Positions 13,302 to 26,208 of a stretch of 64,000 nt of DNA are shown in pieces. Positions within the stretch are counted from its first letter, which is position 1. Each line of letters starts with the position of its first letter. Origin of the DNA: Octopus sinensis (taxonomy: Eukaryota); contig NC_043024.1 of NCBI RefSeq assembly GCF_006345805.1, positions 6,200,001-6,264,000 of the forward strand, written 5' to 3'. Under the pieces are notes generated by a model. The model saw only the letters and a list, made by a program, of their open reading frames with translations, was not told the DNA's origin and did not search any database. A program made the translations under genes and the position numbers.

Positions 13302-13753
13302 GGCTTAGTAAAATAAATTACTTTGCCACATACTGAACTTTCTAGAAATAGCAGCCAAAAAGTTTTTTTAGCCATTTCCACTACTTTAAGAAAAATTTCT
13401 CCAGATAATGTTTACTCAAAAAATAACTCACGAAGATATGGAGTAAAAACAGTAAAATATCACAAGTACAAAGATCATTTGAGAACGTCACGTTTCTAGA
13501 TAGCCAAATAAAACTCACCATTTCCTTCGTCAGCTCAACATTTCTTAATTTTGGATTTGAAAGCACTAAAAGAATGAACATACCCTCAGACGAACACGCT
13601 CAGACTGCCAGTACTCGCAAAATCAAAATGTACCTGCGAAGATTCATGTTCCTTCCCCTTCCCTTCTTAAAGTAGTGGAAATGGCTAAAAAACTTTTTGG
13701 CTGCTATTTCTAGAAAGTTCAGTATGTGGCAAAGTAATTTATTTTACTAAGCC
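13302..13753 (-). mobile_element. Inverted-repeat-flanked cassette with hammerhead, inserted in (TA)n
   Basis: Near-perfect ~90-bp inverted arms (13302-13390 / 13664-13753). Hammerhead at 13479-13538(-): TTGAG-CTGACGA-[stem II]-GAAA-CG-TGA-CG-TT-CTCAA. Confidence 0.75.
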
Positions 13754-13863
13754 TACTTATATATGTAATATTTTGAATTCGCCTTAAATGGTCCTTTTAC
13801 ATACTGAATACTACTTTGGTGAAATTGAAATTAATAACTAATTAATTTTACCCTCAATTGTTG

Positions 13864-13914
<51 letters not shown>

Positions 13915-14160
13915 AGACAAAATAAAGTGAAAAAAACTATAGAAGGATTGTGTTATACGGTAAAGAATATACTTAAATCGTATAAACATTTTGCGTATAG
14001 TAACATTGTTTTTGGAGAAATAACCGGTTTCATATTTTCTTAACATACTAACACAAAAGTCTCTGTAGTTTTTTCACTTTATTTTGTCTTTATACATCCA
14101 ACCACTTGCTTTCACATACCAACTCTCACCCACCCCTCCCTCTCCTCTCTCTCTCTCTCT

Positions 14161-14237
<77 letters not shown>

Positions 14238-14542
14238 GGCGATGTTTTTCTCCTTTTTCTTTTGAACTTTCCTGTCTTCTGTTTCCGAAGAAGAGGTATG
14301 CTCGAATCATAAAACAACCACTCTTTTCTTTCTCTGAGTGTCTTATTAATACTTTGCATGTGCTACGTCCTCGCGTTGTTGTTTTTTCTTGTCTTTTTCT
14401 CCGTTTTTAATCAATCATATGTGTGTGTGTATTCATATGTATACATTCATTTATATAGATAACGAAGTCTGTATCTATATCATTCTCTCAAACCATCCAT
14501 GTCATTCTTTAATCAATCTATCAATTCATCTATCTATCTATA

Positions 14543-14653
<111 letters not shown>

Positions 14654-14654
14654 A

Positions 14655-14686
<32 letters not shown>

Positions 14687-14937
14687 ATTATCATCTATCT
14701 ATCTATCTATCTATCTATCTATTCATCTATCTATCTATCTATCTTCTATCTATCTATCAATCTATCTACCTGTCTGTCTGCCTGCCTATCTGTCTGCCTG
14801 CCTGTCTGTCTGTGTCTATCTCTCTGTATATATAAATGTGTGTGAGTGTGTGTGTGTATATACACACATGCAAACATACATATAAATACACACGCACACA
14901 CAAATAGACACACAGACACACACACACACACAAAGAC

Positions 14938-14974
<37 letters not shown>

Positions 14975-15819
14975 ACAGAGAGAGAGACAGAGAGAGAGAT
15001 ACTGGGAGAAAAGAAACGATGTAAGTGATGATATAAAGCGAATAGTAAATGGCGCGGAGAGATAGTTATACATGCGCGCGCGTGCGTGTTTGTATCAGGA
15101 TACGGAGATGGTGAGGTGGGTGTGGTGGTGGAATCTCTGTTAAAATTCGGTCAGAAGATGGAATATGTTCGTTGTTGTTGTTGTTGTTGTTGAGAGTATC
15201 ACTTGATAGCGTTGATGCAGTAGGAGTATGGGGTGGTACTCAGGAGTATTATCTAATAGCGTTGGGGGAGAGGGGCGGGGCGGGCGGGCAGGCGGCGATG
15301 ATGGAGTGGTGGGGATATTGGTGGTGGTGGTGGTGCAGGGGTGGGTGGCAGGGAGGGAGAGAGAACAGACAGGACATAAATAATCCGGCAACAGGCGTGT
15401 TGTTTCAGCGATATATAATATTGCATGCGGGTGTGAGATTATACATAAGTATATGTCACACACACACACACCAACACACGCACACACACACACATACACA
15501 CACACACACACCACACACGCATACCACACACATATACATGTACAAAAAATTCATACATACATACACACACAAATACATACATATGTACATGCAATACATG
15601 CAGGATACATAAACACACTCATATGTACATATGTACTTGCATACACCACATACATACATAAATACATACATATATTATGTACAGATAAATGTATGTTTAT
15701 GTTGTAGTGGAGTGTGTATATGTAGGTTTATGTATCTAGGTATGTATGATTGTGTGGTGTGTAAACGTGTGTGTGTACACACCTTTTTTTGTTGTGTTGT
15801 TCCTCTGAACCTTATATTA

Positions 15820-15919
15820 NNNNNNNNNNNNNNNNNNNNNNNNNNNNNNNNNNNNNNNNNNNNNNNNNNNNNNNNNNNNNNNNNNNNNNNNNNNNNNNNN
15901 NNNNNNNNNNNNNNNNNNN
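15820..15919. other. Assembly gap (100 N) with duplicated flanks
   Basis: Run of exactly 100 N; about 14990-15810 is repeated at about 15920-16760 with small differences. Confidence 0.95.
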
Positions 15920-16097
15920 GAGAGATACTGGGAGAAAAGAAACGATGTAAGTGATGATATAAAGCGAATAGTAAATGGCGCGGAGAGATAGTTATACATG
16001 CGCGCGCGTGCGTGTTTGTATCAGGATACGGAGATGGTGAGGTGGGTGTGGTGGTGCAATCTCTGTTAAAATTCGGTCAGAAGATGGAATATGTTCG

Positions 16098-16144
<47 letters not shown>

Positions 16145-16431
16145 GAGAGTATCACTTGATAGCGTTGATGCAGTAGGAGTATGTGGGTGGTACTCAGGAG
16201 TATTATCTAATAGCGTTGGGGGAGAGGGGCGGGCGGGCGGGCAGGCGGCGATGATGAAGTGGTGGGGATATTGGTGGTGGTGGTGGTGCAGGGGTGGGTG
16301 GCAGGGAGGGAGAGTGTTGCCGTCATGTTTTTCGGGAGAACAGACAGGACATAAATAATCCGGCAACAGGCGTGTTGTTTCAGCGATATATAATATTGCA
16401 TGCGTGTGTGAGATATACATACGTATACACA

Positions 16432-16466
<35 letters not shown>

Positions 16467-17089
16467 ACACACACACACACACGCATACACACATATATAC
16501 ATGTACAAAAATTCATACATACATACACACAAATACATACATATGTACATGCATACATGCAGGCATACATAAACACACACATATATACATATGTACTTGC
16601 ATACACACACATACGTACATAAATACATACATATATTTATGTACATATAAATGTATGTTTATGTGTGTGTGTGAGTGTGTATATGTAGGTTTATGTATCT
16701 ATGTATGTATGATTGTGTGGTGTGTAAACGTGTGTGTGTGTGTACACACCTCTGAACATATATATATACATGTGTGTGTCTAGGTGTGTGTGTGTAAGTG
16801 TATATATTTACATGCATATATGTATATATGTGTGTGTGTGTAAGCTTGTGCCATTGTGTGTGAGTAGTTTTTATGTTCTTCGTGCACAAAGACATATACA
16901 TACACACAATCACACGCATAAACACACACACAAATATATACGCAACACACAACGTCTGTGTACATATGTAAACAAATATCAAAATTATCAGATTTTTGTT
17001 TCTTAGTTCATGTTTAGTTATGTGAAGCCTGTCGTCTGCCTGTGTAAGTCAGCCATGTGTGAAAGCGTGTGTCTCTGTGAGTGTACGTG

Positions 17090-17140
<51 letters not shown>

Positions 17141-17248
17141 GTGTGTAAAATGAGCTAGTAAGTCAAATACAAATAGGAATTTTGGGTGAGAGAGAGGAAA
17201 TAGCAAAGAGAAAGCCATGCTGACAAAATGAAAGATAGACAGAGAGAA

Positions 17249-17510
17249 ATTCGGCTTTCTTTCGATATAACTCGACAAAATCAAAACACTTCACTTCGGG
17301 TATTTTCCGTGGAAGCAAATGACAGTTCGATTCTGTTTACACACACACACGAAACAGGTGAGAACAAATATGCCAGGCTTTTTTTTCTTCAAGTTTAAAA
17401 CGAGACATTGCTGGCATAATTTCGTTATGTCTATACTCCACAACCCACAGAAATACCCGAAGTGTCATGTTTTGATTTTATCGAGTTATATCGAAGGAAT
17501 GCCAGAAATT
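17249..17510. mobile_element. MITE-like element with ~55-bp inverted repeats
   Basis: TTCGATATAACTCGACAAAATCAAAACAC..CACTTCGGGTATTT recurs inverted at about 17450-17500. Confidence 0.6.
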
Positions 17511-17704
17511 GTATAGATGTGTTGTGTATGTGTGTATGTATGTGGGTGTGTGAACATATATATATATAATGTTATGAGGTCACACATGGGTAAATATACA
17601 GTAATGCATGCCTCGACACACGAGTTAATTCATTCCCAGTGAACGCTCGTAAAGCGAAAAATCGTAAAAACTCGTAAAACAGATAGTTGTAAAGTAAGGT
17701 ATTA

Positions 17705-18671
17705 CCGTAAACCCTCGAGTATAATCCACATTTTTTCCCCAAAATTTAAAGATCAAAATCCCTAGTGCGTACTTATATACGAGGTTAAAAATGAAAATTA
17801 TTTTCTAAGCAATGTCCGAGTCTCTATTTGCAGTCCGGTAATGTTTATTCAGACGCATTTTGTGATGTCGGGCGCGAAAATACCTTAAGCTAAGCCTGAA
17901 GGCAACGAAGTCATAAAAGATCATCCATAACTTGCAATAAGCACATTTATTAAATAAGTAGTCAGAGCACAGAATAACATGTAACAAAAACAATTTGCAG
18001 ACATATTTACATTCCCATATAACAGTTAAGAACATCACCATTATTGTATTACGCATGCGCGGAAGTGTTTGCTCGAATAGGTGCTGCTGGCTTAATTACG
18101 TACAAATTGTGCTTTATAGTTTAGCCCTAGATAGTTCATCCTGCTGTTTGTATTGGCAGTTTGCATCATTACCGTGGCAAACAACAGATACTTGATTAAA
18201 TACCAGTATTAAATGTTTGAACTACTGTGGGTCTTTACTAGGGTTTTTTATAAGGCGGACTTAAACCTGTACATTAATATCCAATAAAACATTTTATACA
18301 TTCCATGCCCATAAAATGCCTCGTAGATCTTATTCAGCTATGTTTAAACTTGAAGTTATGTCATATGCTGAAGAGCATGGTAATAGGGTCGCCGGAAGAA
18401 AATTTGATGTTGACGAAAGCAATGTCAAGTTATGGAGAAGAAATAAAGATGAAATTAGACAGATGCCAAAGATAAAGAAGGCAAGAAGGCAATAATAAAG
18501 GATGTTTACTGTATACAGTTTTACAAACCAAGGACGTTATATATACCTCCTTGACTCAAGTTAAAGAAGGAGTGCATATTATACACAAGGTTTAGGTTTT
18601 TCAGAGGTACAGCCCCCTAAAAGTCCCCTGCGTATTATACTCAAGGACAGACTATACTTGAGGATTTACGG
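17705..18671 (+). mobile_element. pogo-family deletion derivative retaining the N-terminal Brinker-type DNA-binding domain
   Basis: TA TSD; TIRs CCGTAAACCCTCGAGTATA / TATACTTGAGGATTTACGG; mini-ORF 18316-18495 MPRRSYSAMFKLEVMSYAEEHGNRVAGRKFDVDESNVKLWRRNKDEIRQMPKIKKARRQ*. Confidence 0.85.
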
Positions 18672-19081
18672 TACTATATATTGAACGAATAAGATGGCGA
18701 AAATGCTTAGAGAGCCTTATCATGGAATAATACAAAGGACATGGAATACGACACCATATGATTTCTATAAGAAAAATATAGATTAAAGTGAAAACAGAAA
18801 GAGCAAAACATTGGGATCACTCAAAAGAGACATTTAATCTAGATAATATAAACAGACATAAGGCTGTGTGCTGGTAGAATGGTTTAGCACGCTGGGCGAA
18901 ATGTGTAGCAGTATTTCGTCTGTCGTTATGTTCTGAGTTCAAATTCAGCCGAGATCGACTTTGCCTTTCATCCTTTCGGGGTTGATAAATTAAGTACCAG
19001 TTGCATAATGGAGTCGATCTAATTGACTAGTCTCCACCTTCCGAAAAATTCTGTGCCTAGAGTAAAAATGAATATATATAT

Positions 19082-19460
19082 AGGTGCAGACGTGGCTGTG
19101 TGGTAAGAAGCTTGCTTCCCAATCATGATACCAGGTTCAGTCTCATGGTGCAGCATCTTGGTCATGTGTCTTTTACTATAGCCTCAGGCTGATTAAAGCC
19201 TTGTGAGTGGATTTAGTAGACGAAAACTGAAAGAAGCCTGTCATATATATGTATGCTTGTGTCTGTGTTTGTTCCCCCATCACCGTTTGGCAACCGATGT
19301 TGGTGTGTTTACATCCCTGTAACTTAGAGGTGACTGGTAGAATAAGTACTAGGCTTTAAAAAAAGAGCTAGGGTTGGTTTGTTCAACTAAAACCCTTCAA
19401 AGCAGTGCTCCAGCATGGCTGCAGTCAAATGACTGAAACAAGTAAAAGAATAAAAAGAAT
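19082..19460 (+). mobile_element. tRNA-head CORE-like SINE with internal microsatellite
   Basis: Head GTGGCTGTGTGGTAAG..GGTTCAGTC, CORE-like CCTTGGGCAAGTGTCTTCTACTATAGCC, tail CCAGCATGGCCGCAGTCAAATGACTGAAACAAGTAAAAGA. More than 10 copies in the window. Confidence 0.88.
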
Positions 19461-19960
19461 ATATGTTTATATTCTCTGTCTAAATTAAATGTCTTCTTCA
19501 AGTGATGCCTAACGTTTTGCTTTTTCATTTTTACTTTAATCTATATCTATCGGCTCAAGGAGAAACAACTTATAGCCACCTCTAATAAGCAGTCGTGACA
19601 TCATGCTTTCAGTTGCAGTTCAAGCTGGAGTTTTAGAGGTAAACCTAACTGAGCGCTCGTAGTACATACCTATTACATTATGTGATTTGATGAAAACTGC
19701 TTGTATATTCTGTAAGACAAACATACAATCTTCCAAATCTGATTTTATAGCAGTTTAATTCGATTTATTTCAATTCGATCTTTCTAATAATTTTTTCCAG
19801 CATGAAAAGATCATCTTAAACGACTGAAACTTTCTATTTTTTTTCCATGGCAAAGTTCTCTGAGCATTTTCGTTTTATTTTTTTCACTGTATATATCTGT
19901 CTGTCTGATATATATATAATAATATATTGAAAAAGGAGATGTGGACACGAGGTGATTAAA

Positions 19961-20240
19961 AAAGGAAATGAAGAAAATGCTGACAAAATATTTAAGTTAA
20001 TTTAAGTAATTTAATTAGGTGAAGTTTTTTACCGGTTGCGCATTTGTTCTGCTTATCAAAAAGAGAGATAGAGTTCTTTTTGATAGATTTTCTCTTATAT
20101 GGAAAGAGGAAAAAATCTATCAGAAAAGAATTCTATCTCTCTTTTTGATAAGCATAACAATGCGCAACCGGTAAAAAGAACTTTCACCAATTAAATACTA
20201 AATTACTAAATTATTTTGTCAGCATTTTTCCATTTCCTTT
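19961..20240. repeat. ~140-bp-arm palindrome in (TA)n with two decayed hammerhead-like motifs
   Basis: The arms are reverse complements. Each carries TTGATAA-GCA..TGC-GCAA-CCGG-TA, i.e. hammerhead layout with mutated CTGATGA and GAAA boxes. Confidence 0.7.
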
Positions 20241-20769
20241 ATATATTATATTATATATATATATGTATGTATGTTCTATGTGATGTATATATATATACGC
20301 ACACATACACACACAAATATATACACACATACATATGTATGTATGCATGTATGTCTATATAGATATTATCCGAATTTTATAGTATTAAGTATCCATCATG
20401 GCTGGTCTTAAAAATCAGTTACATGTGTGTTTCTTTGTGCTTGTGTTACACCCCTGCCACTGCTTGACAACTGATGTTGTTGTGTTTATGTCTCCATGAC
20501 TTAGCGATTTGGCACAAGTGGCCAATAAAATAAGTACTAGGTTTCTTAGATTTCTTCGACTAAATATCCTTTTAAAGTGCTGCTCCAGCATGATTGCAGT
20601 CAAAAATGACTGAAACAAGTACAAGAATAAATGAATATGGAAAACAAAAAAAAATGCCACATAAAGGATATGGAAATTCTTCATCACGGATCAACAGAAA
20701 ATCATGAGAATTTTACATCAATACATACATGTGTGTGGTGTGTGTGTGTGCATATGCATGTCAAGCAAA

Positions 20770-20958
20770 TGGCACCTGTACTGGTGGTATGTAAAAGCAC
20801 CCATTACACTCTCAGAGTGGTTGATGTTAGGAAGGGCATCCAGCCATAGAAACCATGCCAAATCGAACTGGAGTCTGGTGCAGCCTTCCAGCTCTGGTCA
20901 AACCGTCCAACTCATGCCAGCGTGTACAATGGACTTTAAATGATGATGATAATGATGA
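20770..20958 (+). mobile_element. Third SINE-like family with (GAT)n tail
   Basis: GTAAAAGCACCCA.TACACTCTC.GAGTGGTTG..GTTAGGAAGGGCATCCAGC...CCATGCCAGCATGGA..GACGTTAAA(TGA)n. Also at about 48268-48445, 53445-53727 and 59062-59405. Confidence 0.8.
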
Positions 20959-20962
20959 TATA

Positions 20963-21002
<40 letters not shown>

Positions 21003-21124
21003 TCTCGTTCATACATATATATATATATATTGTCATTGTTTCAAATGGTTGATAACTGTGCAGTGTGCTCCTGAGGAGAAGGTAGACTTTATCATTGATT
21101 ATGTAATTCATAATATAGAGTTTA

Positions 21125-21341
21125 TTATTTTATTCTTTTATTTGTTTCAGTCATTTGACAGTGGCCATGCTGGAGCACCACCTTTAGTTGAACAAATCCA
21201 CCTGAGGACTTATTCTTTGTAAGCCAACTACTTATTCTATCCATCACTATTGCTGAACCGCTAAGATATGGGCGCATAAACACACCAGCATCGGTTGTCA
21301 AGCAATGGTGGTGGGGCCAAAGACAGACACACATAACACGT

Positions 21342-21383
<42 letters not shown>

Positions 21384-21544
21384 GTATACGATGGACTTCT
21401 TCAGTTTCTGTCTACTAAATCCAATCACAAGGCTTTGGTCAGCCCGAGACTATAGTAGAAGACACTTTGTCCAAGATGTCACACAGTGGGACTGAACCCA
21501 GGACCATGTGGTTGGAAAGCAAGCTTCTCACCACACAGCCACTC
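21125..21544 (-). mobile_element. CORE-like SINE
   Basis: Reverse-complement copy of the 19082-19460 family, with an internal (CA)n(TA)n tract. Confidence 0.88.
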
Positions 21545-21608
21545 GTTCAGTCTTGAAACATATGTAGTGCATAACTGATTTTTGCATTACTTTCATTCAC
21601 ACATACTT

Positions 21609-21642
<34 letters not shown>

Positions 21643-21954
21643 TGCTGACTGGTAGATAAATAGACATAGTGAATAGAATGGATTATTCGAGGTCTCTCTC
21701 CCTCTCTCCCTCTCTCTACATATAAAGAGGTAGACACAGAAAATAAAGATAGATGTGTAAGTTTATGTTTATTAATACATGAAAGAGGGTTTGAAAGAGG
21801 TTTTCAAAGTTGAAATGTTTTTCTTAGAAAACAAACAAACAAAAAAACAACAAAATATTTCAAAGTTAAAAAAATAACAAAAACAAGAAAAAACAATCAA
21901 GGTGGCAAATGGAATAACAAGAATGACTTTAATACATACATACATACAGGCATA

Positions 21955-21986
<32 letters not shown>

Positions 21987-22055
21987 CACATACATTCATA
22001 TATACATATACATAAATACACATTTGTTATATAATATGTTGTGTGTATTATATGT

Positions 22056-22117
<62 letters not shown>

Positions 22118-23334
22118 TAGTTAACAGGCAGTTTACTGCTGTAAAAAAGTGAAAGTAAGATACCCTAAAAATGACGAAAGTGTGAAACTGAAAGCAATGA
22201 GAGTAGCATCCCATTATTTTATGTAAAGTGTGTGTGACATAACCAATGGAAAGAATCTACATATATTTAATACGAACTTAAAAGCTGCCCTCCATGCAGA
22301 CTTTTAAGCCAGCTCCTGTAGAGCGCTAATTGGGGTTCCAGCCCAAAACTAAAGAGAGCTAAATAGCATGTATATAACGACTATATGCCCTGGTGGTGTT
22401 TGATCAGGGGTTAAGGACGGATGAGAATTAATTCTGTAAAGCAATCATTCTATTGTTCCACTCCCAAGTTGAATTCCGACTGTTGGCCAATTTATCCCAA
22501 AGTTCTTACCTTGACGTAAAATTGACAATGTGAATATCGTTTATCTCTCCCTTCATATCTGATGATATCTGACAAATGCCAACCAAGATGGTATGAATCA
22601 GCCAAGCTTTATCAGTTACAAATGCTTTTAAATCAGATTCCAATGCTGGATGTTCAACAACCAAATGAAGGACGTATTTTCCCTTCCAAGATCATCCTGA
22701 TTCCAAAAAGGTATAATATGTCTATGTAAAGCAAATATAGACTGAGATTCAGGGGTCCCAGACGGACAGACAGAATTCTGCTTTTATTATTATAGAACAC
22801 ATGAAAGTCATACATATATTTTATGTAAGAGGAAAACAGTCACAGTTATAGGAAAATATAACAATCAGTGATCCATGAACTTTGTTTCTCCACACTCTGT
22901 TATGAAGACATGGTCTAAATACATCCTTATTAGTCCCATAATATCACCTGAATTTCTTCATTGCCCTTCTATAGCTTGCGTTTGGATACTGTCGCTGTTT
23001 AGATCAACAAATTCGAGTGAATGGCTAACAACTTCATGAGGACAGAAGTTACTGTGACTCACACAGGGAAGCCATCGCATCACACATCAAACCTGTTCCT
23101 GGCCTTTGTCGCTTCTGGTTTCCTAATCGACTTTCATTACTATTAGAAGATTTAACTTTCACTTTTCTAAGATTGTAAACTGCATGTTAACCAATATATA
23201 TATGTGTGTGTGTATATATACAAATATGTATATATATATACACATACATATATACACACACATATATATGTATATATACATATATACATACATATATACA
23301 CATTATGTATACTTATATATATATATATATATAT

Positions 23335-23374
<40 letters not shown>

Positions 23375-23478
23375 TATGTATGTATGTATATATAAATATA
23401 TGTATGTATGTATATATATATATGAGTGAGTGGACAAACAAAAGAAGAGCACTCAACCAATTTATTGGGAGTTACATG

Positions 23479-23583
23479 TATGGATCAAAACAGTTTGATT
23501 CAAATTCGTTGGTACTCTTGAGTTTCAAGCATGATGCTAGTCGTCAGCCATTTTGAATTTGAATCAAACTGTTTTGATCCATA
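23479..23583 (-). ncRNA. Hammerhead-like motif closed by a perfect 29-bp helix
   Basis: Arms 23479-23507 and 23555-23583 are exact reverse complements. Between them the minus strand reads TGG-CTGACGA-ctAGCAtcaTGCTt-GAAA-CTCaaGAG-TA-CCA. Confidence 0.72.
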
Positions 23584-23589
23584 TATATA

Positions 23590-23635
<46 letters not shown>

Positions 23636-23713
23636 CCAAAATACTAGTTCTTAAATCGCAGCACAGTCCACTTGAACGGACAACCATGTTAAAGTGGCTA
23701 TGAATATTACTTA

Positions 23714-23754
<41 letters not shown>

Positions 23755-23793
23755 ACATATATAGATAGCTATATATATATATATTATATATAT

Positions 23794-23829
<36 letters not shown>

Positions 23830-23898
23830 CATATGTACATATGCATATACATGCACACACACCCTTTACGAGATCTGTTTAAATGCGTATATATATAT

Positions 23899-23934
<36 letters not shown>

Positions 23935-26208
23935 CACACACACACATATATATATATAGAGCATGGTTGTCTGTGGTTGACTTTATTGTAGTACGAGACA
24001 AAACGTCATGGTTTTTATTTAAAGCATTTTCTTTGTTGTTATGCGATGAATAAATATACAGAAAAGTTTAATAAAGTTTCACAAATCTGAATCTGAATGA
24101 GTTCGTTTGCTGTGAGGTGATGTGACTCCAGGTGAGAATACAGGTGAGAATACTAAAAGGACGAGCTGGACAAAGGGGCTTGCTTGAATGTTCAGGATTC
24201 TCGTTTCTTCACGGAGTCGTCTGGTTAAGAAGTTCACTTCACAACATAGCTACTAGCTCGATACTACAGCATGGCAGTCACATTGAACGAGTACTCTACG
24301 ATATCCTCAGTGAAATCCAGAGCTCTGTTGTTAATAGAATTGGGTAGACAAGACAATAACTGTTGTGGGAACCTGTCTGAGAGATTGTTTTTGTTCTTGG
24401 CTGATGTAGGAATCTTAATCCATACCCTGGTTAAAGAATGACACCAGGCCCTTAGGTTTCCTGTTAGCAGAGTGCAACATTTTGTTACAAGCATTCAGAA
24501 CAGAGTTTTTGGTCTGAAGATAATCATCTCCCTTTTGTTCCATCCACTCCTGGAGACCCTGGAAAAAAGGTGAGGGAAGGGAATCACAGGTGATGCCCTG
24601 CCTCATTTGACTATACCCCCCATCCTTACAAAAAACAAAAAATAGAATTTATTCAGAATTACACACTTTGCCATGTAACTTTTACCGACACAGACCACAA
24701 CTAATATTTATATATTTTAGTTTTATTTACATAAATGTCTGTTTGACCCATATAAACTCTTCCTCCTCCTCCTCCTCCTCCTCCTCCTCCTCCTCCTCCT
24801 CCTCCTCCTCCTCCTCTTTCTTCTCTTCCTTTGCCCTTTTTACATATTTTTTCATTCACAAATTTCTCTTCTACCCATTCTTTAATTATTTTGGTAAGTA
24901 ATTAAATATGGCATCAGTTTATCCTTTGTTGAAATAATTAAGTTCTTCTGACCCACCTCACCCACAAAAAAAAACAACAAAAAACAATGAGCTACAAGAT
25001 AAAATAAAATACAATAATGAAAATAATGATAAATTACATAATAAAAAGAATAAATATAAAATAACAAAATAATAAATGTAAAATAAATAAAATTAATGTA
25101 TAATATATTTCAAGATAGAATTTAAAAAGAAAATAAAATGAATAAAATTACAGTGTAAATGGAAAACAGAATGAAGGAACGAAATTCCAAAGGAAAATGT
25201 TCTGAAGAATTTGCTCTTCCAAGACATGATGACTACCATTCCTATACGGAGTGTCAAATACAGTGGAGGGCACGATCAGAATTGGTGATTTACTTGGCTT
25301 CTTTCTTTTCTTTCTTTTTTTTTTGTTTCTTCCTACCTTTTTTTTTTTGTTTTTGCTTTCAGGGTGATGGATGGGGGGAAAGCCATAGTTTCAAATAAAT
25401 GCATGAAATGCTGATACATGTATTGAGTACTTCGTTTTTGTGCTGTTTGCAGACACACGCACACACATACACAAACACATACATGTATGTATATATACAT
25501 GTATATATGTCTTCTGTACATACATACATATATGTATATGTGTGTGTGTGTGTGTGTGTCTATATATGTGTATTTATAAATACATATATAAATAAATGCA
25601 TACATACATACATACATACACACACACATGTATATATATATGAATGTATATATATATACACACACATACACACATATGAATGTGTATACACACACGCACA
25701 TATATATAAATGAGGTGAAGTGCATATGTGTGTATGTGTACATGTGTGTGCATTTCTGCATGTGGCACAATAAGCCGATACATTTCTGCTTAGTTTAAGC
25801 AATTATTTCTGTTACCAATCACCATAATTTCCATTCTATTTTATATATTTATTCATTCACTGAGTTATTCATTCATACACTCATTCATTCCCGCATTCAT
25901 TCATTCCTTGCATTTTCCGCCGTACACAATATACTTCTTGAAACCCAGACATGGCCACCACCATCAACGTGGCAGCCATGTTTTTTTTTTGTTTTAAAGA
26001 AATGCAAGAAAGCTATGAAACAGTGACATGAAAATCCTGACCAGTTCTTCTTACAATTTCTTCCTGTTAATTCTTAATAATTATGAAGGAAATAGGGTTT
26101 TTTTCCATTGTGAAATATTGGTAAATTGGTGGTGATGTTTTTAGTATTTTAAAGCAAGTTTTCTTGATTAGAGAACAGATATTTTATCACACACATTCAC
26201 TCGTATTT

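Noticed and set aside
15992-16612. 206-aa His/Pro/Asn-rich ORF resembling a transcription factor N-terminus
   Set aside because: Built from (GTG)n, (GTT)n and (CA)n repeats; the frame is not conserved in the duplicate copy across the gap.
19082-19160. tRNA-like A/B boxes at SINE heads
   Set aside because: No cloverleaf; these are tRNA-derived SINE promoters, not tRNA genes.
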